64,000 bases of DNA from Gammaproteobacteria bacterium (GTDB lineage: Bacteria; Pseudomonadota; Gammaproteobacteria; Eutrophobiales; Eutrophobiaceae). The notes below the pieces were generated by a model. It was given only the letters and a program-made list of their open reading frames with translations, made no database searches and was not told where the DNA came from. Positions 17,443-27,576 of the stretch are shown here, piece by piece; the first letter of the stretch is position 1; every line of letters begins with the position of its first letter. The stretch covers positions 1,984,001 through 2,048,000 of the forward strand of contig CBDCDS010000003.1 in assembly GCA_965215365.1 (NCBI GenBank), given 5' to 3'. Both the position numbers and the translations under genes were made by a program.

Positions 17443-20411
17443 ACCGTGCCGCGCAAGGGGCGGCATTACTGGCCTTGCTGCTGGCGCTGAGCGTCGCTTC
17501 GGGCTGGCTGCTGCTATCCGACCTGAGCCGGCAGGCACAGGCGTACACCCGGCGCCTGAGCAGCGCGCTTACGCTGCAGCGGGCGAAACAGGCGTTGCTG
17601 TCTTATGCGATGAACTATCCCGAGCTGCGCGCCAACCCGGACAAGGGGCCAGGCTTCCTGCCCTGTCCCGACCGCAATAACGACGGCCGCCCGCAAAGCA
17701 ACTGCGCGGCAAGTACCGGCACGACACTGGGGCGCCTGCCGTTTGCGATCCTGGGGCTGGATGACCCGCGTGACAGCAGTGGCGCGCGCTTGTGGTATGC
17801 CGTGTCACCGGATTTCAGGAATACCCGCTCTAACCACGCCGTCATCAACAGTGAAACGCCGGGTCAATTCACGCTGGACGGCGCCGACGATGTGGTGGCA
17901 GTAGTGATGGCGCCGGGTGCGCCGGTCGGTGCCCAGGCGGCGCGGCCGAGCAATGCGCCCACCGATTATCTGGAAGGCAGCAATGCCAGCGTCGCCGACG
18001 GCAGGTTCTCTACCCTTGCCGGCAATGATCAGGTGGTCGCCATCAGCCGTGCGGAATTGATGCAAGTGCTGGAATTGCGCGTGACTAATGAAGTGCGTGC
18101 GCTGCTGGCGCGCTATCGCAGTGAACACGGCGCCTACCCCTGGCTGGCGCGGTTTGCTCATCCCCACCTGCACGGCAGGGTATTACGCGGCTCCCATAAT
18201 GGCAGCGATAATGCAGAGGCGCTGACGGACACGCGTCGGGATTTCCTGGATTGGGGAGTACGCGCCTACGATCTGCTCAGGAACGTTACCGACGGCTCCC
18301 TGGCCGTGGTGAAGAGCGTGAGCAAAAACAGGCTGGAGCTGTCTGCACCGAGCACCGGGGCAGAGAACGATTTTGACCGGGGAGATGTTTATTTCATCGA
18401 GTTGCGCGGCCCGGGCAGGATTGTCTCAGGGACGGCTAACGGCGGCAGTTCGGGCCCGTTGCTGAAAGATACCGGGCAGGATTTCAGGGAAGTGGGCGTG
18501 GTTCCCGGTGATGTGGTTGAGAACCTGACCGAGGGTTCCCGCGCGACCGTTGCCGGTGTCGATCGGGCCGCGCTCAGGCTGCGCCGGCCCGCCGCCGATA
18601 ATGGTTTTGCTGGCGGCGCCACCTACCGCTTGCTCGTTAATAGCGGTAACGCCGGCCCGGGCAGCACCAACCTGACCCTGGCAGACCCCACAGCCGATTT
18701 CATCAGCGCCGCTATTGGCGTCGGTGACCTGGTGGAAAACCTCAGTGATGGCTCGACCGGGCGCGTCAGCCAAGTGGCAGGGCCGGGGTTGCTGCGCGTG
18801 TCGGCACTGCATTTCGGCCGCAACAACCGGTTTAATGAACATGACGTTTATCGCCTGCCGCGCTATAACGCTGCCGACAACACCAGGCAGGGCTTGTTGC
18901 CGGTGCATGAACCGGGCAAACGCTTTGCAACCGGGTTTGGCGTCACCTGGCAGGCGCCTGTTAGCGGCGGTTGGGTCATTACCGGGCTGCATCCCGCCAC
19001 CCGTCCCGGCTATGCCACGGCGGTAACGCGCGCGCTGCGCACCGCCGCGCCCGCGGCGGCGGTCAACGTTGAAGACGGGTATTGCATCTGGCTCAATGTA
19101 CGGGTGGTTGACTGTATCGGCCGTAGCGCGGCAATGCCGCTGCTGGCAGGAACCGCGACTGCCGGGTCATCGGCAAGCGTATTAACGGATAGCTTTGCTG
19201 ATTTCATTAACGCCGGGGTCACCCCGGGAGCTCTGGTTGAAGTGCCGTATCACTCGGTGGTGACCCGAGTCGCGTCTGCCACGACGCTGCACCTGCTGCG
19301 GTTGCCCACTGCGGCGCGCCCGCTTGCCCCCGGCGCGCGCTACCAGCTCCGTAGCGCCACCAGGCTGCTGACCGGCAAGGCCGACCGCGCCGACCCGGCG
19401 CGCCTGCACGACCCCCACCAGGACTTCAGCGCGGCGGGGGTGCGCACGGGCGACCTGCTGGCCAATCTGACGGACGGCTCTTTCGGTCTGATCACTGCGG
19501 TCAACGGCGCCAGTGTCAGCGCCGACCTGCAGGGCGGACAACGCAATGCCTACCGTCCCGGCGACGCCTACCAGGTATTTTATGCCTATGTGAACCGGCG
19601 CCGCTACCGCTTCAGTCTGCGCTATCAGGGGGAGTGGGTGACGCGTTCGAGCAACGGCCGGCGGCAGCGCGAGGTGTGCCGGGGTTATGGTGTTGATTGC
19701 GCCGGCGTTGCCGTCACTGCGCCGCTGCCGTTTCAGGCTCAGGGCATGGCCGGCGCGGCCACGGCCGGCGCGGCGGGCCTGATGCTGGCAGCCGCTCAGG
19801 CAGATTTTCTACGCGCCGGCATATTGCCCGGAGATACGCTGTTCAATCTGGACGACGGTTCGGCGGGAATGGTGCAGACGGTTACGCGCCATTCCCTTAC
19901 CATCGACGCCTGGCAGGGCGGCCACGCCAATCAGCTGCTGCCGGGCAACCGCTACCGCATCGGCAGGCCGTTGCTGCTCATTGAAGACCTGCTTGATGAC
20001 AACGCCGTAACAAGGGTCGGCCTGACCGCCCCGCCCGGTGGCGCGGCCGGCGCGCTGCACACGACCGGCATCAATTATCACCTGGTCGAAACACCCGGAG
20101 AACTGCCGCCCTGGTTCATAAAAAACAAATGGCACCGTCTTGTTTATGTCGCCTATGGCGCCGGCTTTGCCCCCGGCGGTAGCGGCGATTGCCACGCGGG
20201 TGTGGATTGCCTGGTTATCCGCGACCGTGCCGACGACGCAGAGGCGCTGGTGCTCGCAGCCGGGATGGCATTGCCACAGCAGCCGCGCACGCACGGCACC
20301 GGTGCCGCTTACTACGAGGGTGAAAATGCCAATGCGGATGCCGACGATGTGTTCGCCAGGGCCTTGCCTGACGACACTTTTAATGACCGGCTTGTGGTTG
20401 TGGCGCCATGA
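17439..20411 (+). CDS. 990-aa pilin-like (PilX/GspK-type N-terminus) protein with six ~70-aa repeats
   Basis: QG/AALLALLLAL hydrophobic N-terminus, GFLPCPD, GRLPF, LWYAVS; repeats LxDxxxDF-GVxxGDxxxNLTDGS. Confidence 0.75.
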   Translation: MNRAAQGAALLALLLALSVASGWLLLSDLSRQAQAYTRRLSSALTLQRAKQALLSYAMNYPELRANPDKGPGFLPCPDRNNDGRPQSNCAASTGTTLGRLPFAILGLDDPRDSSGARLWYAVSPDFRNTRSNHAVINSETPGQFTLDGADDVVAVVMAPGAPVGAQAARPSNAPTDYLEGSNASVADGRFSTLAGNDQVVAISRAELMQVLELRVTNEVRALLARYRSEHGAYPWLARFAHPHLHGRVLRGSHNGSDNAEALTDTRRDFLDWGVRAYDLLRNVTDGSLAVVKSVSKNRLELSAPSTGAENDFDRGDVYFIELRGPGRIVSGTANGGSSGPLLKDTGQDFREVGVVPGDVVENLTEGSRATVAGVDRAALRLRRPAADNGFAGGATYRLLVNSGNAGPGSTNLTLADPTADFISAAIGVGDLVENLSDGSTGRVSQVAGPGLLRVSALHFGRNNRFNEHDVYRLPRYNAADNTRQGLLPVHEPGKRFATGFGVTWQAPVSGGWVITGLHPATRPGYATAVTRALRTAAPAAAVNVEDGYCIWLNVRVVDCIGRSAAMPLLAGTATAGSSASVLTDSFADFINAGVTPGALVEVPYHSVVTRVASATTLHLLRLPTAARPLAPGARYQLRSATRLLTGKADRADPARLHDPHQDFSAAGVRTGDLLANLTDGSFGLITAVNGASVSADLQGGQRNAYRPGDAYQVFYAYVNRRRYRFSLRYQGEWVTRSSNGRRQREVCRGYGVDCAGVAVTAPLPFQAQGMAGAATAGAAGLMLAAAQADFLRAGILPGDTLFNLDDGSAGMVQTVTRHSLTIDAWQGGHANQLLPGNRYRIGRPLLLIEDLLDDNAVTRVGLTAPPGGAAGALHTTGINYHLVETPGELPPWFIKNKWHRLVYVAYGAGFAPGGSGDCHAGVDCLVIRDRADDAEALVLAAGMALPQQPRTHGTGAAYYEGENANADADDVFARALPDDTFNDRLVVVAP

Positions 20412-20432
20412 AAGAACAGGATTGACTCCTCC

Positions 20433-21182
20433 ATGTACAAGTGTAAAGAGACAGGGTTTTCACTGGTGGAACTTGCCATTGCACTGATGCTCATGGCGTT
20501 GCTTGTGGGCGGGATGCTCAACCCCCTAGGCGCCACCCTGGAAGCGAAACGGCGCGCCAGGGCGCAGCTTGAACTGGAGCAAATCCGGGAAGCATTGCTG
20601 GGTTTTGCCATGATCAACGGCTACCTGCCCTGTCCGACCAGCAGCACCGACCCGGCGGCCGACGATTACGGTCTGGCCGACCCGCTCTGCTCCAGCGAGC
20701 CGGGCGCGGAGGGCTACCTGCCCTGGCGCACCCTGGGCGTTCCCGAAGTGGACCCGTGGGGTTCGCCAAGGCACGCCAGCACCGACCCGTTCAACGGTTA
20801 CTGGCGTTATCGGGTTGATCGCAACTTCGCCGATGCGGCGGCATTGATCACTCTTGGTGCGGCGCCGGCCGACAACCTGAGCATTACCGATCCGCGCGGC
20901 CTGTTGCTGACCGCGCCCACAGAAACCCCGGTCGCCATCATCTACAGCGCCGGCGCCAATTTGGCGCCGGATGGAGAAAACACCAGCTTTGAAGGCGCGC
21001 CCTGCGGCAACCCGGGTGGTTATGCGCCGGGCGGGAGCGCAACCTGTCCTGACGGGGAACCGCTGTACCAGGGCGGCGACATGTATGGCGTCGGCGCCGA
21101 TGCTGCTTTTGACGACCTGCTCATCTGGCTGTCGCGCCCGCTGCTGTTCAACCGCATGGTCGCGGCAGGGCGGCTGCCATGA
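20433..21182 (+). CDS. Prepilin-type N-terminal cleavage/methylation protein
   Basis: G/FSLVELAIALMLMALL; GYLPCP, GYLPWRTLG, DPWG. Confidence 0.92.
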   Translation: MYKCKETGFSLVELAIALMLMALLVGGMLNPLGATLEAKRRARAQLELEQIREALLGFAMINGYLPCPTSSTDPAADDYGLADPLCSSEPGAEGYLPWRTLGVPEVDPWGSPRHASTDPFNGYWRYRVDRNFADAAALITLGAAPADNLSITDPRGLLLTAPTETPVAIIYSAGANLAPDGENTSFEGAPCGNPGGYAPGGSATCPDGEPLYQGGDMYGVGADAAFDDLLIWLSRPLLFNRMVAAGRLP

Positions 21183-21976
21183 TTTTATCTTATGTGCCAC
21201 GGCGGGCATTGTTAGAGGTTTCCTTAACAATCACCCGCATCACGCTGCTTGAAGCTCTGCGCAGCCGCTTGCCGCTGTTAATGGGCATGGCGCTGCTCGG
21301 TCTGGTCGGTCTGGCGGAGTTTCTGGGTGAGTTGAGCATCACGGAAGAGGCGGGAATCAAAGCCTCGGTCACCGCTTCGGGGCTGCGCATCTTCTCGGTC
21401 TGCCTGATCTGTCTGTTCGTCATAAGCGGCGGCGTGCGGGAACTGCATGACAAGAGCCTGGAAATGATGTTGTCCCTGCCCATGCCCAGGTCTGCCGGCT
21501 TGCTCGGCAAGCTGGTGGGGTTTGCAATCCTGTCGTTGTGCATTGCCGTGGGCGCCGGATTGCTCCTGAGCGGGTATGCCCCGGCCACCCCGGTTGCGTG
21601 CTGGGCGCTGTCCCTGCTGTGTGAACAGCTGCTGATGGCTTGTTTCAGTTTCCTGTGCATGCTGACCTTTGCCAATGTGGCCTGGTGCGTGCTTCTGGTC
21701 ATGGCGTTTTATCTGCTCGCGCGCAGCATGGAGACGCTGCAGTTGCTGAGCGCGTCACCACTGCTCACAGCCGACGGCGCGTTCCCTGAGGTCATGTATT
21801 TACTGGTGAACGCCGTGTCGTTATTGCTACCCGACCTGCACGCGTTCACCCGTAGCGACTGGCTGCTGTACGGTATTGAGTGGAACGATGTAACCGTGGT
21901 CGTGACGCAGACCCTCATTTATCTGGTTGTACTTGCCTCAGCCGCCCTGTTCGACCTGTACCGGAAGAATTTTTAG
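21179..21976 (+). CDS. ABC-2-type permease-like membrane protein (PilI-like)
   Basis: About six transmembrane segments; ELHDKSLEMMLSLPMPRSAGLLGKLVG. Confidence 0.8.
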   Translation: MILSYVPRRALLEVSLTITRITLLEALRSRLPLLMGMALLGLVGLAEFLGELSITEEAGIKASVTASGLRIFSVCLICLFVISGGVRELHDKSLEMMLSLPMPRSAGLLGKLVGFAILSLCIAVGAGLLLSGYAPATPVACWALSLLCEQLLMACFSFLCMLTFANVAWCVLLVMAFYLLARSMETLQLLSASPLLTADGAFPEVMYLLVNAVSLLLPDLHAFTRSDWLLYGIEWNDVTVVVTQTLIYLVVLASAALFDLYRKNF

Positions 21977-21981
21977 CCCTG

Positions 21982-22683
21982 ATGGCAAGACCCGTCGCAA
22001 CCGTGCCAATCGTCATTCGCGCACTGCTCATGCTGGGCCTGTGCTTGCAGCTGGGCTGGAGCGGGTTAAGCCCGGCGCTGACCACTACCGCGCAACCACT
22101 GCCGGCCGTGCCGGCCGCCGAACTGCTGCAACTGGCTGCGTTCGGGGAACCGCAAACCCTGGCCCGGCTGCTGATGTTATGGTTGCAGGCTTACGATGAT
22201 CAGCCCGGCCTCAGTATCCCGTTTGCCGAGCTGGATTACACCCGCCTTAGCCACTGGCTGGGCCGGCTGCTGGACCTGGACCCCCGTTTCCAATACCCGT
22301 TGCTGGCGGCCAGTCGTGTCTACACCGAAACACCGGACGCCGGCAGCAAAAGATACATGCTGGCATTCGTACACCGGCGCTTCCTAGAAGACCCGAACCG
22401 CCGCTGGCCCTGGCTGGCGCATGCGGTTCATGTCGCCCGGCACCGTCTCAACGATCCGCAACTGGCCCTCGACTACGCTCGGGCCTTGCGCCTGAACGTT
22501 ACCAGCGCCAGCGTCCCGCCCTGGGTAGCGCAACTGGAATTGTTCGTGCTGGAAGACCTGGGGGAGGCACAAAGCGCGCGCCTCCTCATCGGCGCGTTGC
22601 TGGCAAGCAATCGCCTGACCGGCAATGAGTTACGGTTTTTGCAGGACCGATTGGCAACGCTGGAACAGCAGCCGGGCCAATAA
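21982..22683 (+). CDS. Hypothetical membrane-anchored helical protein
   Basis: N-terminal hydrophobic segment, host-like codon usage, last gene of the operon. Confidence 0.7.
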   Translation: MARPVATVPIVIRALLMLGLCLQLGWSGLSPALTTTAQPLPAVPAAELLQLAAFGEPQTLARLLMLWLQAYDDQPGLSIPFAELDYTRLSHWLGRLLDLDPRFQYPLLAASRVYTETPDAGSKRYMLAFVHRRFLEDPNRRWPWLAHAVHVARHRLNDPQLALDYARALRLNVTSASVPPWVAQLELFVLEDLGEAQSARLLIGALLASNRLTGNELRFLQDRLATLEQQPGQ

Positions 22684-22733
22684 CCTGACTTCAGCTGTCT
22701 TACCGGGCTTAGCGGGAACTACTGCCTCGGCGG

Positions 22734-23813
22734 TTATTCGCGCGCCAGCGCCTGGGAGGTAAGCTCCTGCCAGGGCTGGTAGGACTCCCGGAAGGCCTGG
22801 TAAGCTGCGTAGACGCGTTTGAAATCAGGGTCTTTTTCGGCTTCACTGGCCAAAGTCTGGCGGGTGACGGCGCGCAGTTCCTGCATGACCTCCCGCGGAA
22901 ACGGCAGCACCTCCACGTTCTTTTTTGCGGACAATTCCTTCAGCGCGCGGCTATTGTGGTACTCCATGGCACTGAAGGTCCAGGCACCGGTGGCGGCGGC
23001 GGCTTGTTTGACTATCTGTTGCAGATCGGCCGGCAGGCTGTTCCAGCGTGCCGTGTTAATGAGCAGCTCCAGTTCCGTGCCCGGCTCGTGCCAGCCGGGG
23101 TAGTAGTAATACCGGGCCGCCCGGTTCAGGCCCAGACGCAGGTCATGCAGCGGTCCGACCCATTCTGTGGCATCGATAGCGCCGCGTTCCAGCGCCGTGT
23201 AGAGCTCGCCGCCGGACATCAGGATGGGGTTGCCGCCAGCCCGGTCCAGCACTTTTCCTCCCAGTCCGGGCATGCGCATCCGCAAGCCCCTGAGATCGGC
23301 AATGCTCGCTATCTTCTTGTTGAACCAGCCACCCATTTGCACACCGGTGTTGCCTATGGGCAGGGCCATTACGCCGAATGGCTCGTACAATTCGTTCCAC
23401 AGTTCCAGCCCGCCGCCATGGTACAGCCAGGCTTGCACGCCTTTTTGTTCCATACCGAACGGGACCGTGGAGAAAAACTGCGCGGCCGGTACTTTACCGG
23501 CCCAGTAGTAGGCGGAACCGTGCCCCAGCTCCACCGCGCCCTGGGACACCGCATCAAACACCTGCAAGGCCGGCACCAGTTCGCCGCCGGCAAACACCTT
23601 GATATCCAGCCGGCCGTTACTCATGATGCGCACCTGCTCGGCGAACAGTTCTGGCGCTTCCTGGAACACGGGGAAATTCGCCGGCCAGGTCGTTACCATC
23701 TTCCAGCGATAGATTTTACCGGTGTCGAGGCCCTCGCCACCCGTCACCTCGGGCGCCTCCCCCGCACACGCCGCCAGCAGCAGGGCCAGCAGTAAACAGC
23801 TTGCTATCTTCAT
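22734..23813 (-). CDS. TRAP transporter substrate-binding lipoprotein (DctP/TakP-like)
   Basis: WKMVTTWP, GNTGVQMGGWFNK, GLRMRMPGLGG, YYYPGWHEPG; lipobox LAAC. Confidence 0.92.
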   Translation of the reverse strand: MKIASCLLLALLLAACAGEAPEVTGGEGLDTGKIYRWKMVTTWPANFPVFQEAPELFAEQVRIMSNGRLDIKVFAGGELVPALQVFDAVSQGAVELGHGSAYYWAGKVPAAQFFSTVPFGMEQKGVQAWLYHGGGLELWNELYEPFGVMALPIGNTGVQMGGWFNKKIASIADLRGLRMRMPGLGGKVLDRAGGNPILMSGGELYTALERGAIDATEWVGPLHDLRLGLNRAARYYYYPGWHEPGTELELLINTARWNSLPADLQQIVKQAAAATGAWTFSAMEYHNSRALKELSAKKNVEVLPFPREVMQELRAVTRQTLASEAEKDPDFKRVYAAYQAFRESYQPWQELTSQALARE

Positions 23814-23832
23814 CAAAATCTCTCTGGGTTCG

Positions 23833-25992
23833 TCACACCGGTTGTAAATTCGCATACGCCAGCACCAGCCACTTGGCGCCGGCGCGTTCAAAATTGACCT
23901 GCACCCGGGCGTGGCTGCCGCGACCATCGAGGTTCATCACCGTGCCTTCACCAAAACGGGCATGCGCTACGCGTTGGCCGGGCGCAAACAGGTTATTATC
24001 AGCATCCTCGGCTGATGGCTGGTTGAATACGCCGAGGGAAACCGGCCCGCCCGGGCGCACCTCGGCGATAAACTCCTTGGGTATTTCGTCCAAGAAGCGT
24101 GACGGGCGCGAGTAAAATTCGTTGCCGTGCAGGCGCCGGTAGCGGGCATAACTCAGGGTGAGCTTGCGGCGCGCACGAGTCATGCCCACATAGCAGAGCC
24201 GCCGCTCCTCTTCCAGTTGCGCGGGATTATCGGAACTGCGTTGGTGCGGAAACAAGCCTTCTTCCATACCTGTCAGATAGACCCGCTCAAACTCCAGTCC
24301 CTTGGCGGTGTGCAAGGTCATCAGGCTCACAGCATCCTGGCCGCCCTCAGCCTGACTGTCGCCGGCATCCAGCGCGCTCATGCTCAGGAACGCAGTCAAG
24401 GGCTCCACTTCGCCGTGCACCTCCGGGTCCACTTCGAACTGTTCGGCCGCGTTAACCAGTTCGTCCAGGTTTTCAATACGGTCGAGGCCGCGCTCGCCTT
24501 TTTCCTTGCGGTAATGCTCGCGCAGGCCGCCGGCCGTAATCACGTTCTGCATGATCCGGTCCAGGCTGTTGCCGGTGAGCGCCGGCGTCAGTTGCTCCAC
24601 CAGGTCCACAAACCGCGCCAGCGCGGTCAGGGTACGAGTCGGCAGCTGCTGCTCCGCCAACAGCGCCCGAGTCGCGCGCCACAGCGACACCCCGTCCTGA
24701 CGCGCCCGCGCCCGCACCTCCTCTAGGCTGCGCTGCCCAACTCCCCGGGGCGGGGTGTTGACGATGCGTTCAAACGCGGCATCATCGTCGCGGGATACGG
24801 CCAGACGCAGGTAAGCCAGGGCATCCTTGATTTCCATACGCTCATAAAAGCGCTGGCCGCGTACTACCCGATGTGGCAGCTGCGCTTGGCGCAATGCGTC
24901 CTCCAGCACGCGCGAGCTGGCACCGACCCGGTACAGTACTGCGTGGTCCCGGTAAGCAACCCCCTCCCGGCGCGCGGAGCTGATTTGCCCGACGATGAAT
25001 TGCGCCTCATCCTGCTCGCTGTAAGCCGCATACAAGTCCAGCTGCTCGCCCGCGGCGCCGTCGCTCCACAGGTCTTTGCCCAGCCGGCTGCTGTTGTGGG
25101 CAATCAGGGCATTGGCAGCCTTCAGTATCGTGGTAGTGGAGCGGTAATTCTGTTCCAACCGATACAGCGTCGGCTTGGGAAAGTCCTTTTCAAAACGCTG
25201 CATGTTTTCCATACGGGCGCCGCGGAAACTGTAAATGGATTGATCATCATCACCCACCGCAAACAGACTGTTGCGCTCACCCACCAGCAGCCGCAACCAG
25301 GCATATTGCAACGCGTTAGTATCCTGGAACTCGTCCACGAGCAGTTGCGGAAAACGCTCCCGGTAATGTTGCAGCAACGGTTCCTGATCGCGTAACAGCT
25401 CGTGGGTGCGCAGTAACAGCTCGGCAAAATCCACCAGCCCGGCGCGCTCGCAGGCGTTCTGGTAATTACGGTAAATCGCCACCTGCTGTTCCAGAGTCGG
25501 GTCGTCGCGCCGATCGATATGTTGCGGACGCAAGCCGTCGTCCTTGCGCTGGTTGATGAACCACTGCGCCTCCCTGGCCGGATAACGTTTTTCATCCAGG
25601 TTCATATCCCGGATCACCCGGCGTAGCAGCCGTTGCTGGTCTTCGCTGTCGAGGATCTGGAAACTGTCCGGCAACCCGGCTTCCTGCCAGCGCGCACGCA
25701 GCAGCCGGTGCGCCAACCCGTGAAACGTGCCCACCCACATGCCGCCGATGGGCCGGTTCAGCAGCCGCCCGATACGTTCACGCATCTCCGCCGCGGCCTT
25801 GTTGGTGAAGGTGACGGCCAGCACGTTGCGCGCCGCCGCTTGCCCGGTTTCCAGGTACCAGGCGATGCGGTGCACCAGCACCCGGGTCTTGCCGCTGCCG
25901 GCGCCGGCCAGCACCAGGACATTGCCGGTCGGCGCCGCCACGGCCGCGCGCTGCGCCTCGTTCAGCCCCTCCAGTGCGTTGGTTACATCCAT
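23833..25992 (-). CDS. uvrD: DNA helicase II
   Basis: AGAGSGKTRVL, VDEFQDTN, LEQNYRST, HTAKGLEF, C-terminal tudor-like HARFGEG. Confidence 0.96.
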   Translation of the reverse strand: MDVTNALEGLNEAQRAAVAAPTGNVLVLAGAGSGKTRVLVHRIAWYLETGQAAARNVLAVTFTNKAAAEMRERIGRLLNRPIGGMWVGTFHGLAHRLLRARWQEAGLPDSFQILDSEDQQRLLRRVIRDMNLDEKRYPAREAQWFINQRKDDGLRPQHIDRRDDPTLEQQVAIYRNYQNACERAGLVDFAELLLRTHELLRDQEPLLQHYRERFPQLLVDEFQDTNALQYAWLRLLVGERNSLFAVGDDDQSIYSFRGARMENMQRFEKDFPKPTLYRLEQNYRSTTTILKAANALIAHNSSRLGKDLWSDGAAGEQLDLYAAYSEQDEAQFIVGQISSARREGVAYRDHAVLYRVGASSRVLEDALRQAQLPHRVVRGQRFYERMEIKDALAYLRLAVSRDDDAAFERIVNTPPRGVGQRSLEEVRARARQDGVSLWRATRALLAEQQLPTRTLTALARFVDLVEQLTPALTGNSLDRIMQNVITAGGLREHYRKEKGERGLDRIENLDELVNAAEQFEVDPEVHGEVEPLTAFLSMSALDAGDSQAEGGQDAVSLMTLHTAKGLEFERVYLTGMEEGLFPHQRSSDNPAQLEEERRLCYVGMTRARRKLTLSYARYRRLHGNEFYSRPSRFLDEIPKEFIAEVRPGGPVSLGVFNQPSAEDADNNLFAPGQRVAHARFGEGTVMNLDGRGSHARVQVNFERAGAKWLVLAYANLQPV

Positions 25993-26041
25993 GTACGTAG
26001 CGGCTGCGCCGGGACCGTATGAATCCTGTCGCCGGATTTAT

Positions 26042-26088
26042 GGGCACCGCTGAAAATGCCACGGAGGCCATTTTCAGAGGCGCCCTTA
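26042..26088. repeat. Family-B palindromic (REP/MITE-like) element
   Basis: GGGCACCGCTGAAAATGCC-ACGGA-GGCCATTTTCAGAGGCGCCC. Confidence 0.75.
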
Positions 26089-26177
26089 GTTCGTAAAATG
26101 ATTGTCGCGTGCATCAGTGAATTGTACCTGTCCTATCGGTGTTAGAATAGCCCGATTACCAACAACTGTCACAACCG

Positions 26178-27515
26178 ATGGGAACAACCATGCAAAGCGG
26201 ACACCAGGAGCAGCGTACCTTAATCGAACAAACCTTGTCGCTGTGTCGGGAGCAGGGCGCCGACGCGGCCGAAGCGGACCTCAATAGCGGCCATGGTTTG
26301 TCGGTAAACGTGCGTATGGGTCAGGTCGAGACCATCGAACACCAGCGCGACAAAGGCCTGGGCGTGACGGTATATCTGGACGGCTGCAAAGGCTCGGCCT
26401 CCACCTCGGATTTCTCTGGCGGTGCCCTGCAGGCCACCGTCAAGGCCGCCGTCACTATCGCTAAGTATGCTAGCCGCGACGATTGCGCCGGCCTGATTGA
26501 TCCTGACTATCTGGCTACGGCCGCGCCAGACCTGGACTTGTGTCATCACTGGGACCTCACCCCGGAGGCGGCCATCGAGTTGGCGCTGGAGTGCGAGCAC
26601 GCCGCGCGCAATGTGGACCAACGGCTGACCAACTCCGATGGGGCGATGGTAGCCACCTATGCCGGCACCCACCTGTACGGCAACAGCCACGGTTTCATCA
26701 ACGGCTGGGACTGGTCATCGCACAGTATCGACTGCACGGTGATTGCCGAGGAAAACGGCCTCATGCAACGCGACGGCTGGCACACCAGAGCGCGCGCCCG
26801 CAGCGACCTGGACAGTGTCGAGAAGGTCGGGCAGGAGGCCGCGCGCCGCACCCTGTCCCGGTTGAATGCAAGGAAACTGTCCACCCGCAAGGCACCGGTA
26901 ATCTTCGAGGCGCCGGTGGCACGCGGCCTGTTCGGCGCGTTCATCAGTGCCATCTCCGGCGGTGCCCTGTACCGGCGCGCCAGCTTCCTGCTGGACCAAC
27001 TCGGCGAGCAGGTGTTCGCCTCGCATATACAACTTGAAGAACAACCGCATCTGCCCCGACAGCTGGGCAGCGCCCCGTTCGACGGCGACGGCATGGCCAC
27101 TCGGCGTAAACATCTGGTGCGGGACGGCGTGCTGGAGACTTATGTGCTCAGCGCCTACTCGGCCCGCAAGCTGAATATGACCCCCACCGGCAATGCCGGC
27201 GGCGTGCACAACCTGATAGTGCAAACCGGCGAGCAGGACTTGCCGGCGCTGCTGCGGCAAATGGACACCGGCCTGTTGGTCACCGACATGATCGGCTTCG
27301 GCGTCAATCAGGTCACCGGCGATTATTCCCGCGGCGCCGCCGGCTTCTGGGTGGAACAGGGCGAAATCCAGTACCCCGTAGAGGAGATCACCGTCGCCGC
27401 CAACCTCAAGGACATGTTCCAACACATCATTGCCATCGGCAACGACACAGACCCACGCGGCAACGTCAAAACCGGCTCGGTGCTGATTGAGGCTATGACT
27501 ATTGCGGGGGAGTAG
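26178..27515 (+). CDS. pmbA: Metalloprotease PmbA/TldE
   Basis: VRMGQVETIE, SAPFDGDG, TGNAGG, GVNQVTGDYSRGAAGFWVE. Confidence 0.95.
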   Translation: MGTTMQSGHQEQRTLIEQTLSLCREQGADAAEADLNSGHGLSVNVRMGQVETIEHQRDKGLGVTVYLDGCKGSASTSDFSGGALQATVKAAVTIAKYASRDDCAGLIDPDYLATAAPDLDLCHHWDLTPEAAIELALECEHAARNVDQRLTNSDGAMVATYAGTHLYGNSHGFINGWDWSSHSIDCTVIAEENGLMQRDGWHTRARARSDLDSVEKVGQEAARRTLSRLNARKLSTRKAPVIFEAPVARGLFGAFISAISGGALYRRASFLLDQLGEQVFASHIQLEEQPHLPRQLGSAPFDGDGMATRRKHLVRDGVLETYVLSAYSARKLNMTPTGNAGGVHNLIVQTGEQDLPALLRQMDTGLLVTDMIGFGVNQVTGDYSRGAAGFWVEQGEIQYPVEEITVAANLKDMFQHIIAIGNDTDPRGNVKTGSVLIEAMTIAGE

Positions 27516-27551
27516 GGAACCTGATGTCTGATTTGATTGACCAGCTTTAAC

Positions 27552-27576
27552 CACCAAGTGATGCGAAGATCGCGCC
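27552..27576. repeat. Left-end fragment of MITE family A
   Basis: CACCAAGTGATGCGAAGATCGCGCC matches 51134-51158 at 24/25 positions. Confidence 0.65.
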
